IMG/VR virus record: IMGVR_UViG_2541047798_000006
Length of the DNA: 41,828 nt
DNA from: a virus
Lineage: Duplodnaviria; Heunggongvirae; Uroviricota; Caudoviricetes
Strand: one strand, 5' to 3'
Shown: in pieces, positions 23,301 through 30,134 of the stretch
How the letters are laid out: each line of letters begins with the position of its first letter
Numbering within the stretch: position 1 is the stretch's first letter
Notes under the pieces: generated by a model
What the model was told of the DNA's origin: nothing
The model's input: only the letters and a program-made list of their open reading frames with translations
Databases searched by the model: none
Made by a program: the position numbers and the translations under genes

Positions 23301-23607
23301 ATCATAACGTCCGGTTTCTTCCGTGCCAGAACCGGACTCGCTGGCATGATGAAATATGTGTACCCGGTAACCCCGGTGTGCATCGTTTTTGATTATTCCC
23401 CCACACTTGTGCAGAAGGAGTTCCCCGTCAGGCTACAGTCATAATTAATGCAAGAGTACAGCGACGATACAGCGCACAGAAATAAATCAGGTATCCATTG
23501 ACTTCACAAAGACGGTGCATAGCATCGACAGGAGTAATTGCGTAAATTGAACTCTTGGCACACTTTAGCCACCGGCGAATCTTCAGCGGATTATCCTTGG
23601 CCGGTTT

Positions 23608-24072
23608 TTATCTGAGGCATTGCTCTCGAATGTATAGCTGTGCCCCTTCAAGTTGTTTTTGCATTATTATCAGTCGCGCTCTGAGGGTGAAATAATCCCG
23701 TTCAGCGGTGTCTGCCAGTCGGGGGGAGGCTGCATTATCCACGCCGGAGGCGGTGGTGGCTTCACGCACTGACTGACAGACTGCTTTGATGTGCAACCGA
23801 CGACGACCAGCGGCAACATCATCACGCAGAGCATCATTTTCAGCTTTCGCATCAGCTAACTCCTTCGTGTATTTTGCATCGAGCGCAGCAACATCACGCT
23901 GACGCATCTGCATGTCAGTAATTGCCGCGTTCGCCAGCTTCAGTTCTCTGACATTTTTGTCGCGCTGGGCTTTGTAGGTAATGGCGTTATCACGGTAATG
24001 ATTCAGCCACAGACTAAGCGCACCACAGGCCACCAGCAGGGCAATGATGACCACGCACAGTACGCGGTTCAT
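23608..24072 (-). CDS. Rz: Inner-membrane spanin subunit Rz
   Basis: 154-aa ORF with an N-terminal TM segment, then [73 protein letters not shown], identical in style to lambda Rz. Confidence 0.9.
   Translation of the reverse strand: MNRVLCVVIIALLVACGALSLWLNHYRDNAITYKAQRDKNVRELKLANAAITDMQMRQRDVAALDAKYTKELADAKAENDALRDDVAAGRRRLHIKAVCQSVREATTASGVDNAASPRLADTAERDYFTLRARLIIMQKQLEGAQLYIREQCLR
23670..23852 (-). CDS. Rz1: Outer-membrane lipoprotein spanin subunit Rz1 (embedded in the +1 frame of Rz)
   Basis: 60-aa [23 protein letters not shown]|TSKQ... with a lipobox (LVVVGC) and a Pro-rich mature part, lying wholly inside Rz. Confidence 0.85.
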   Translation of the reverse strand: MRKLKMMLCVMMLPLVVVGCTSKQSVSQCVKPPPPPAWIMQPPPDWQTPLNGIISPSERD

Positions 24073-24073
24073 T

Positions 24074-24211
24074 TCACCACCAGCGTATCTGACCGATGAA
24101 ATAACCGGAGGCCATAATCACAAACACCAGCCAGATAAGAATGAACTTCCAGGTGGATAATTTTTCAGCCATCACTCGAATCTCCCGAATCAGTTTGCTA
24201 AAATCAAACAC
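24074..24211 (-). CDS. Unannotated 45-codon membrane mini-protein between R and Rz (function unknown)
   Basis: Minus strand: AAAGGAG, 5 nt, then GTG (24211) giving (M)[44 protein letters not shown]. The stop TGA (24074-24076) is 1 nt before the Rz ATG. An internal ATG at 24172 is preceded by GGGAGA. The ORF is below the track size cutoff. Confidence 0.45.
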   Translation of the reverse strand: MFDFSKLIREIRVMAEKLSTWKFILIWLVFVIMASGYFIGQIRWW

Positions 24212-24247
24212 ACTTTCTCCTTTGACTTTTCCGGAGTCAGGAAACAC

Positions 24248-24280
24248 AAAACCCCGCTTGGTGCCAACAAACGGGGTTTT
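24248..24280. terminator. Bidirectional terminator-like hairpin inside the lysis cassette
   Basis: AAAACCCCG (24248-24256) pairs with CGGGGTTTT (24272-24280). T-rich tracts follow on both strands. Confidence 0.45.
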
Positions 24281-24370
24281 TACTTTTATTCACTTACGTT
24301 TCGCCACTTCGCAGGATTTCATGTTATCCGCCCGCGTGGCCATGCCTTATTTTTCAGCAAAATATTCTGC

Positions 24371-24904
24371 TTATCTGTCGATACCCCAGCACGCCAGCGC
24401 GCTCTCCTGGTCACGACGGGATACCTGACCGTAGCAGTTGTTTGAACGAATACGGCAGTCTCTGCCACCGTCCTTAATCCACCAGCGAATCGCCTCACAC
24501 GCTCCCCTGCGATCACCTGCATTAATTCGTTTGTAAAACGTCGACGGGAAACACTTACCGGGACCAATGTTGTACGGACAGAATGACGCGATCCCCGCTT
24601 TCTGGGGTTCGCTCAATGGCACTTTGATGTTTTTCTCCACCCATGCCAGCGCCTTATCACGCTCAATGGCGTTGACCTGGTCGCATTTTTCCTTCGACAG
24701 TTTCATACCGGGAAAAACGGGTTTTCCATCCACCATCGTGGCCCCCCGACAGATGGTCCAGTTGCCGGAACCATCGCGGTATGCCGTTGTGTGGTTACCC
24801 TCTTTTTCGTCCAGAAACTGGTCAAGTATCTGAGGAGCAGACGCGCCTGCAGCAATCAGCGCCAGAACAGCAGCTGACAGGCCGTATTTGATTTTTACGC
24901 TCAT
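24371..24904 (-). CDS. R: SAR endolysin (GH24 T4-lysozyme-type, signal-anchor-release)
   Basis: 177-aa ORF. The N-terminal weakly hydrophobic Gly/Ala-rich segment YGLSAAVLALIAAGASAPQIL is followed by the catalytic E-8-D-5-T spacing (EGNHTTAYRDGSGNWT). It is paired with a pinholin. Confidence 0.9.
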   Translation of the reverse strand: MSVKIKYGLSAAVLALIAAGASAPQILDQFLDEKEGNHTTAYRDGSGNWTICRGATMVDGKPVFPGMKLSKEKCDQVNAIERDKALAWVEKNIKVPLSEPQKAGIASFCPYNIGPGKCFPSTFYKRINAGDRRGACEAIRWWIKDGGRDCRIRSNNCYGQVSRRDQESALACWGIDR

Positions 24905-24997
24905 GGATATTTATCAGGATGCTACCAATGAAAGATACTGGAAAGCCAACTGCAAAAAGCTAACAACCTGTAATCGAGTTATCAGAACTGTTAATTT

Positions 24998-25258
24998 TTA
25001 TGGTATACCGCGCCTCTGAACAGGGGCGCGTTTCTGGCAACAGCTCGTCCCCTTCACATAACCCGGCAGCAACATCCAGGAAGACCTGGCTGCTGCCTCA
25101 TAAAACTCCAGCGCGGCACCTTCAACACGGTCCAGCGAGATGTCCAGGTCAAAAATTTCACCGTCAAAGCGTTTTTTGTCCCGTAACGCTAAAGTTACCG
25201 TAACTTTATTCTCAAAATTGCGGATCCCTTTCACAATCAGTTCATAGTTTTGAGTCAT
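24998..25258 (-). CDS. YdfR-like protein (DUF1327 by recollection), probably frameshifted in its 3' half
   Basis: MTQNYELIVKGIRNFENKVTVTLALRDKKRFDGEIFDLDISLDRVEGAALEFYEAAAR resembles Qin YdfR. After about codon 59 the family-like sequence (QVFLDVAAGL...) continues in the +1 frame down to a stop at 24960. Confidence 0.55.
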   Translation of the reverse strand: MTQNYELIVKGIRNFENKVTVTLALRDKKRFDGEIFDLDISLDRVEGAALEFYEAAARSSWMLLPGYVKGTSCCQKRAPVQRRGIP

Positions 25259-25262
25259 TGAA

Positions 25263-25478
25263 TTACTCTCCCCGTGCCGCCTTACGACGGTCCTCTCTGA
25301 TTTTGAAATACAGGTTAGTCAGATATGTCAGCAGCCCAAACAGCAGACTCCCCAGCACGCCTATTGCCGCCCACTGAGACGGGGAAACCCTGTCCAGCAA
25401 CTGCAGGAACCAGTAGCCCGTTCCCACCGCTGACGTAGTGTATGACACACCTGTTGTGATTTTTTCCATCTGGTCCAT
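25263..25478 (-). CDS. S: Class II pinholin with dual-start motif (phage 21 S-type)
   Basis: [71 protein letters not shown] (71 aa, two TMDs) closely resembles S21 as recalled. Met1 and Met4 (25478 and 25469) give the antiholin/holin pair. The upstream 35 codons of the track ORF are not supported. Confidence 0.85.
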   Translation of the reverse strand: MDQMEKITTGVSYTTSAVGTGYWFLQLLDRVSPSQWAAIGVLGSLLFGLLTYLTNLYFKIREDRRKAARGE

Positions 25479-25627
25479 ACCCCGTCTCCCGTTATCCGGA
25501 AGCTGACAACAATAAAAAAGCCACCAGTTAACTACTGATGGCTCTGATAACTCATGCAAGCGTCTCAGACGATCCACTGACACTATCGGTGAGTTTAACG
25601 ATACCTTCCATTTGACTGGCTCACTTT

Positions 25628-25789
25628 TTATGATGATGCCGGTGCATTTATCTCCAGCACCAGACTTTCTATCTCAACGCCATACGTTGCATTTTTGGTA
25701 ATATCCGTCAGCGTCAGTGCATTTAGTCCCACTGCCAGACTGTCTTTTATGGCCTGGAATGCCGGGCCAGTACGATGACGTAGTATCAC
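25628..25789 (-). CDS. Possible 53-codon ORF coupled to the preceding gene (hypothetical)
   Basis: GTG at 25789 overlaps the upstream stop (GTGA). Translation is (M)[52 protein letters not shown]. There is no independent SD and the ORF is below the track cutoff. Confidence 0.35.
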   Translation of the reverse strand: MILRHRTGPAFQAIKDSLAVGLNALTLTDITKNATYGVEIESLVLEINAPASS

Positions 25790-25974
25790 TCCGGCTCAGT
25801 TGCACCGCTGACCACCACATCACCTTCTGCTGCAATCGCCTGCATCAGGGTATAAGGGGTTATGGCCACCGGACTACCAAACGGCTGCCAGCCCTCTTTC
25901 AGTTTATGTGTCAGCTTTTCCGCAAGATCTGACGGCGGCGCCGCCCTGACAACATCATAGTGTTTAAATGCCAT
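25786..25974 (-). CDS. Small protein, DUF1737-like
   Basis: MAFKHYDVVRAAPPSDLAEKLTHKLKEGWQPFGSPVAITPYTLMQAIAAEGD... The EGW.P.G pattern and the position just upstream of the holin match Stx-type lambdoid phages. The start is taken at the first ATG (25974). Confidence 0.6.
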   Translation of the reverse strand: MAFKHYDVVRAAPPSDLAEKLTHKLKEGWQPFGSPVAITPYTLMQAIAAEGDVVVSGATEPE

Positions 25975-26234
25975 GGTTCTTTCCACCATCTGAAAAATAA
26001 TTCTTTAAAATGCCTGACATGTAATACAGAAAAAAACACAAAACCATACCTTAAATAAAAACCTGATTATCAAGCAGATATGCATGGATAAACTACAAGA
26101 CGAGATATAAACCACCCTGTATTTAAATAAACAATAAACAACATCAGAAAAATAATTCTGCTCTATGGTTTAATTCAAAAATATCATTTATACTTTTCAG
26201 AACATCACCAGCAAGGCATAAACAAGGAAAGTAA

Positions 26235-26570
26235 ATGAAGTGGATTGTGATTGATACAGTTATCCAGCCATCATGCGGAATATCTTTTTCAGTCATATGG
26301 AGTAAAATAAAATTAATAATCTGGTATCAATCGGATGCTTTCTTACCTCCTGAAAGTATATTTACACTGACTCACACAGGCATCATGCTCAATAACAAAG
26401 TGCTGCCTGTAACCATTTACAACGTAGTACCATTCAATAAAACATTCTGGAATTTAATCAAAAACAGCCAGGAATGCCCTACAAATACAGATAACGTATT
26501 GAATGAATGCTTTAATAACCGTTGCACTCTGCAAATATGTCCTTATGGACTAAAACAACAAAGTCCATAA
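26235..26570 (+). CDS. Orphan 111-aa protein, AT-rich, oriented against the late operon (function unknown)
   Basis: ORF preceded by AAGGAAAG 3 nt before the ATG and by a very AT-rich 240-bp upstream region. A strong hairpin lies 35 nt downstream. No family recognised. Confidence 0.55.
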   Translation: MKWIVIDTVIQPSCGISFSVIWSKIKLIIWYQSDAFLPPESIFTLTHTGIMLNNKVLPVTIYNVVPFNKTFWNLIKNSQECPTNTDNVLNECFNNRCTLQICPYGLKQQSP

Positions 26571-26604
26571 GGAGTTTACTCACATCTGACAAAATCAATA
26601 TAAA

Positions 26605-26626
26605 CAGCCCCTCCGGAGAGGGGCTG
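26605..26626 (-). terminator. GC-rich hairpin; likely terminator for minus-strand transcription (and a 3' structure for the plus-strand orphan gene)
   Basis: CAGCCCCTC-CGGA-GAGGGGCTG, a perfect 9-bp stem. On the minus strand it is followed by TTTATATTGATTTT. Confidence 0.5.
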
Positions 26627-27017
26627 GAGAGTGGCGCTATGTGCCATTGCATGGTGCCGGGTGCCTCCCGGTGAATTCAGTACCAGCACCTGAATCCGCG
26701 ATTATCCCATATACCTACTCGCTGATTGCCCCACCGCACAGGGGGATTCACCATGCCAGTTTCTTTTAACAAACTCCCCGCAAACCAGACAACAGTCAAC
26801 CGCCTGAATTGTGAAGTATTTAAAAATTTCTCCCGCTAACTGATACCCGGCTAACAGTCTGGCGTTTTCTTTTTCAGCAACGGGAAAGCAACAACCACCA
26901 CACCCGCCACCAGCACACCGTCAGCCAGCACTGACATTATCCGGCTGCTGCAATGCCATTCACAAAAACAGTAAGCAATCACTTTTTACCGTAACAGGTG
27001 ATAATCCAGATATGTAT

Positions 27018-27344
27018 CTACCCCAGATGAGTAATCCGAAGTTCATCCATACCACAGGTCCTGGCTATTCTGTTGTACTCCTGAACAAGAGCAAATAATT
27101 CTGAATTAGCAACCATGAACTCATCGCAAACCCTCTGTATAGCATCACTATTCAGAATAATAACGTCTCTTCCCGAAAGACGATCAGGAGTACAGAACAA
27201 AACTGTCAAACGGCTGAAGGCCTTTGCTCGTGCTGCATTGACTATATCAATACGCTGCCTAAGGATGAAACACCCCGACGCCTCATCAATATTCACTCTA
27301 CCCACACCATATGAATGATAAATATTTAATGCTGAAAAAACCAT
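27018..27344 (-). CDS. Orphan protein of about 108 aa in the stx-equivalent position (function unknown)
   Basis: The track ORF 27018-27371 starts at TTG; the first ATG is at 27344. AT-rich, no family recognised. A candidate promoter lies immediately upstream. Confidence 0.45.
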   Translation of the reverse strand: MVFSALNIYHSYGVGRVNIDEASGCFILRQRIDIVNAARAKAFSRLTVLFCTPDRLSGRDVIILNSDAIQRVCDEFMVANSELFALVQEYNRIARTCGMDELRITHLG

Positions 27345-27370
27345 TAGACCGTATAACAAATATTCAATCA

Positions 27371-27399
27371 ATACTTAACAGAACTTTTATTTTTGACAA
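27371..27399 (-). promoter_or_regulatory. Candidate sigma70 promoter for the orphan gene (TTGTCA-17-AAGTAT)
   Basis: Minus-strand TTGTCA (27399-27394), 17-nt spacer, AAGTAT (27376-27371). Confidence 0.3.
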
Positions 27400-27481
27400 A
27401 CATATAATATTTTCAACAATATCCTGAGCCAGGTATATTTCAGTATAAGGCTCTGCCGGAAGGAATCTGGAAGAATGAATA

Positions 27482-27558
27482 TGGCGCGCTGTACTGGATT
27501 CGAACCAGTGACCGATTGCTTAGAAGGCAATTGCTCTGTCCGGCTGAGCTAACAACGC
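27482..27558 (-). tRNA. tRNA-Arg (anticodon UCU, reads AGA)
   Basis: 77-nt cloverleaf: acceptor GCGTTGT/ACAGCGC, T arm ACTGG-TTCGAAT-CCAGT, anticodon loop CCTTCTAAG, encoded CCA. Confidence 0.9.
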
Positions 27559-27571
27559 TGAATACCGATAA

Positions 27572-27652
27572 TGGACCGCCATCGGGGACCCGCCCCCCGC
27601 ACCAACAACCCTGTTATCGTGTCGTCTGCTCTTCCTGATAAGCTAATGGCGG
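27572..27652 (-). pseudogene. Degenerate tRNA-like element (middle unit of the array; argN-position)
   Basis: Perfect 7-bp acceptor stem CCGCCAT/ATGGCGG plus T-CCA, a D arm TAGCTT...GAGC, and a 5-bp T stem CGGGG/CCCCG with an atypical loop GGCGGGT. I could not fold a canonical anticodon stem-loop. Confidence 0.4.
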
Positions 27653-27659
27653 TTTGTGA

Positions 27660-27735
27660 TGGTGGCCCTTGCTGGATTTGAACCAGCGACCTGGCGATTA
27701 TGAGTCGCTCGCTCTCACCACTGAGCTAAAGGGCC
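27660..27735 (-). tRNA. tRNA with CAU anticodon, ileX-like (tRNA-Ile2, reads AUA after lysidine modification; would be auto-called Met)
   Basis: 76 nt: acceptor GGCCCTT/AAGGGCC, T arm GCTGG-TTCAAAT-CCAGC, anticodon loop ACTCATAAT, encoded CCA. The backbone is close to E. coli ileX as recalled. Confidence 0.85.
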
Positions 27736-27771
27736 GGGAGCAGAATAATAACGGTCCATAATTAATTCCGC

Positions 27772-27798
27772 AATAAAAAACCCGCTCGGCGGCGGGTT
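27772..27798 (-). terminator. tR'-type rho-independent terminator just downstream of pR'
   Basis: Minus strand AACCCGC-CGCCGA-GCGGGTT followed by TTTTATT. It lies between Q and the tRNA array. Confidence 0.7.
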
Positions 27799-27845
27799 GT
27801 AGAAACTCTTCTAACGTCAGGCATAAAACGCCCATCATTATGACG

Positions 27846-27873
27846 AATTTACCACAGATTCCGGAAAAATCAA
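27846..27873 (-). promoter_or_regulatory. Late promoter pR' candidate (TTGATT-16-TAAATT with TGn extended -10)
   Basis: Minus-strand TTGATT (27873-27868), 16-nt spacer ending ...GTGG, TAAATT (27851-27846). It starts 6 nt after the Q stop. Confidence 0.55.
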
Positions 27874-27878
27874 CCTTG

Positions 27879-28700
27879 TTACCTAGTTACCTTTTTTAAC
27901 TGCCGCTCAGCCCATGCTTCTTCAATATCAAACCGGGTCACCAGCGCATCATAGAATTTCTTAACTGTTTTTTCCCATGACGCGCGTGTTATCTGGTTTG
28001 TCACCTCGCATATAGCATTAAATGCCTCCGTTGATGGTAGTCTTTCATAGCCACGACCACCACAACGCTGGCAGTCTCTGATAACAGGCATACCACGTTT
28101 TACCGACTCTTCACGATGAATGGCGACACCACGCCCACGGCAATCCTTACAGGCGGTGGAAACCTCACCCTTTCCGCCACACTCCGGACAGGCAACTTTT
28201 ACCACCTCCCTGACTTTTTTCCATTCTTCCCAGTAAGACGGATACACACCTTTCGTACACTTTGCCCATACCGGCGGCTTACCATCCGGATACTGGACCT
28301 TGTTTGTAAAAACTACGCTTTCAATAAATTTTTCCCCATAGCAACAAGGGCACTGCTTTTTACTCGCTGCGCTGCGGGCATAATCCTCAAAAGCGTACGA
28401 AGCCATAATGCGCATCACTAACGGTTTTATTTCTGCCGGAAGTTTTCTCAACGCCGCCACACGATCGCACCGACTGAGTGCATAATCTGCCAGTAATTCT
28501 GTTGCCCGCGCCCTGTCATTCATACTGATGCCCATTTTCCCCAGGAACGCAGAAAACCCCATCTCAGCCCGATTCTGTGTCATGCCCTGCGCGGCCATCA
28601 CATCAGTGATACTCAGCGCATCTTTTGACGTTGAGGCCGATACATCGGTCAGGCCAGGGGATTTTGGGGAGTAGTATTTCGGTAAATCTTCCAGTTTCAT
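27879..28700 (-). CDS. Q: Late antiterminator Q (QuuQ/YdfT type with DnaJ-like CxxCxGxG zinc motifs)
   Basis: 273-aa ORF MKLEDLPKYYSPKSP...ITDVMAAQGM...CPECGGKGEVSTACKDCRGRGV...CQRCGGRGYERLP...AERQLKKVTR, collinear with Qin QuuQ as recalled. It sits directly upstream of pR'/tR'. Confidence 0.8.
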   Translation of the reverse strand: MKLEDLPKYYSPKSPGLTDVSASTSKDALSITDVMAAQGMTQNRAEMGFSAFLGKMGISMNDRARATELLADYALSRCDRVAALRKLPAEIKPLVMRIMASYAFEDYARSAASKKQCPCCYGEKFIESVVFTNKVQYPDGKPPVWAKCTKGVYPSYWEEWKKVREVVKVACPECGGKGEVSTACKDCRGRGVAIHREESVKRGMPVIRDCQRCGGRGYERLPSTEAFNAICEVTNQITRASWEKTVKKFYDALVTRFDIEEAWAERQLKKVTR

Positions 28701-29071
28701 TTTTTGACCTGCTCTTCATGCATTATGGGGTAAATCTTCACCCCCATACGTCCACCAGATACTGGCTGACCACGAACGATATTGATTTCATCAAACTGCT
28801 CATCGTCCATTAACACTCCCGCATGCGTCAGCGCATCCAGCGGTGCTTTCAGGATATTGTCCAGGTCGCGACGACGCTTATCCGGTGGCTCTGCAATCAC
28901 CTTTATCGCCAGCCTTCCGGACAGGCTTAATTTCAGCCGCTGCTGGCGAACAATAAGCGCCACAGCCCGGCGATAACGCTTTCCCTCCTCCGAGATAAAA
29001 TATGTGCTGCCACGGCGTCGCCAGTAAGTGTTCACCGTCGGCGGGTAAGGTAAAACCAAATCTATGAGCAT
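28697..29071 (-). CDS. rusA: RusA-family Holliday junction resolvase
   Basis: 124-aa ORF with the PDKRRRDLDNILKAPLDALTHAGVLMDDEQ motif (RusA catalytic Asp cluster). AAGAGG SD; ATGA overlap with Q. Confidence 0.85.
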   Translation of the reverse strand: MLIDLVLPYPPTVNTYWRRRGSTYFISEEGKRYRRAVALIVRQQRLKLSLSGRLAIKVIAEPPDKRRRDLDNILKAPLDALTHAGVLMDDEQFDEINIVRGQPVSGGRMGVKIYPIMHEEQVKK

Positions 29072-29083
29072 CAGTCACCTCTT

Positions 29084-30133
29084 TTACCCAAGCACGCCAG
29101 TTGCAAAGGCGTGATCAAGAAAACGAAAAATTAAATCAACCTGAGAACCATGCTTTTGTTCGAACGCCAGAGGATCCGCATGAAGCTCGTTGTGATGCTC
29201 CCGACACAGCGGTAGCGTGAAAATATCGTGAGATTTTGTCCCCATTCCGCCCTGACCATGACCAATCAGGTGATGGGGATCGTCGGCTGGCTTACCACAA
29301 CACGCACACGGCTGTGTCTTCACCCAGCGTGTGTATTTCTCGTTAACCCAGCGGCGACGTTTAGGTCGTTTCATGAAAGATTCCGGAGACTCAGGATCAA
29401 CGGCAATGCTGACCACCGTCTTTTCCTGTGGTGGGTTCTGTTGCTGGTGGGCGTGAGGCAGCGGCGCAATATTTTTTGTGCGCTGTTTCAGTATGCTGGT
29501 GGCGGTCTGCTCTCCCGGTACGATGTCGCTTTCACGGTACATTGAGCGGATTTTTTCCGCACGCAACCCCAGCGAACGACGTAATACCGCTTCCGGTAGC
29601 GCGTCCGCCACCTGATTGCGGACCGCCCACCAGGATAATTCAGCCAAAGATAATTCACGCTCCTGCGTACCGCTTATTGCGTGACCGATGACGTCAATCA
29701 TCCATGCTGACAGGTTTTGATGAGCAAGTTGCCCGAGTGATTCGGATGTCTGGTCACGCAGCTGGTTGTCGCAGTGCCAGCACAACACCATTGCGCCGGT
29801 ACCATAACGGTGAATGACGGTTTCGCTGTGATGATAATCGCCGTGTGGCCACTGGCAGGATTTAATATGGCGCAACAGCCAGTCAGACAATGCACCAGCA
29901 CCACCAGCAGCACGAATTACCCGTGCGTTACTGAAAAACGGCAGCAATGTTTTGTCTTCCACCAGCGGCTGGCGAACGGCAGGAACGACCCCGGACGGCA
30001 GATTACGCATGCTTTTCGGTTCCGGCTCCACCAGTAGCCGGGTATTGTGGAATACCGGCATGGATTCACGGCCCGGCTTAACGATCACCAGCCCGAGTTC
30101 CGGTACCAGAACAGGTCGAAGTAATACCCGCAC
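29084..30133 (-). CDS. ydfU: YdfU-like DUF968 protein with C-terminal HNH-type Cys/His motif
   Basis: 349-aa ORF; GTG start at 30133 preceded by GGAGGT. The C-terminus is CACCGKPADDPHHLIGHGQGGMGTKSHDIFTLPLCREHHNELH. Same position (next to Q) as ydfU in Qin. Confidence 0.75.
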   Translation of the reverse strand: MRVLLRPVLVPELGLVIVKPGRESMPVFHNTRLLVEPEPKSMRNLPSGVVPAVRQPLVEDKTLLPFFSNARVIRAAGGAGALSDWLLRHIKSCQWPHGDYHHSETVIHRYGTGAMVLCWHCDNQLRDQTSESLGQLAHQNLSAWMIDVIGHAISGTQERELSLAELSWWAVRNQVADALPEAVLRRSLGLRAEKIRSMYRESDIVPGEQTATSILKQRTKNIAPLPHAHQQQNPPQEKTVVSIAVDPESPESFMKRPKRRRWVNEKYTRWVKTQPCACCGKPADDPHHLIGHGQGGMGTKSHDIFTLPLCREHHNELHADPLAFEQKHGSQVDLIFRFLDHAFATGVLG

Positions 30134-30134
30134 G

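Noticed and set aside
23301-23607. Looked for bor (expected between Rz and the cos-proximal genes in lambda) or another lipoprotein gene
   Set aside because: No ORF with a lipobox or any SD-preceded ORF was found. Only a 32-codon ATGATG ORF without an RBS and a stem-loop (GTCCGGTT...AACCGGAC at about 23309-23337) are present, so the region is treated as spacer or remnant.
24141-24428. 95-aa plus-strand ORF spanning the R-Rz gap
   Set aside because: It is antisense to the SD-preceded mini-ORF and overlaps the 3' end of R. It has no SD and crosses the terminator-like hairpin.
25990-27480. Shiga toxin genes or other recognisable virulence cargo downstream of the tRNA array
   Set aside because: Neither orphan ORF resembles StxA/StxB (no signal peptides, wrong sizes and order), and no nanS-p-like esterase follows. 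The cargo here is unknown rather than Stx.
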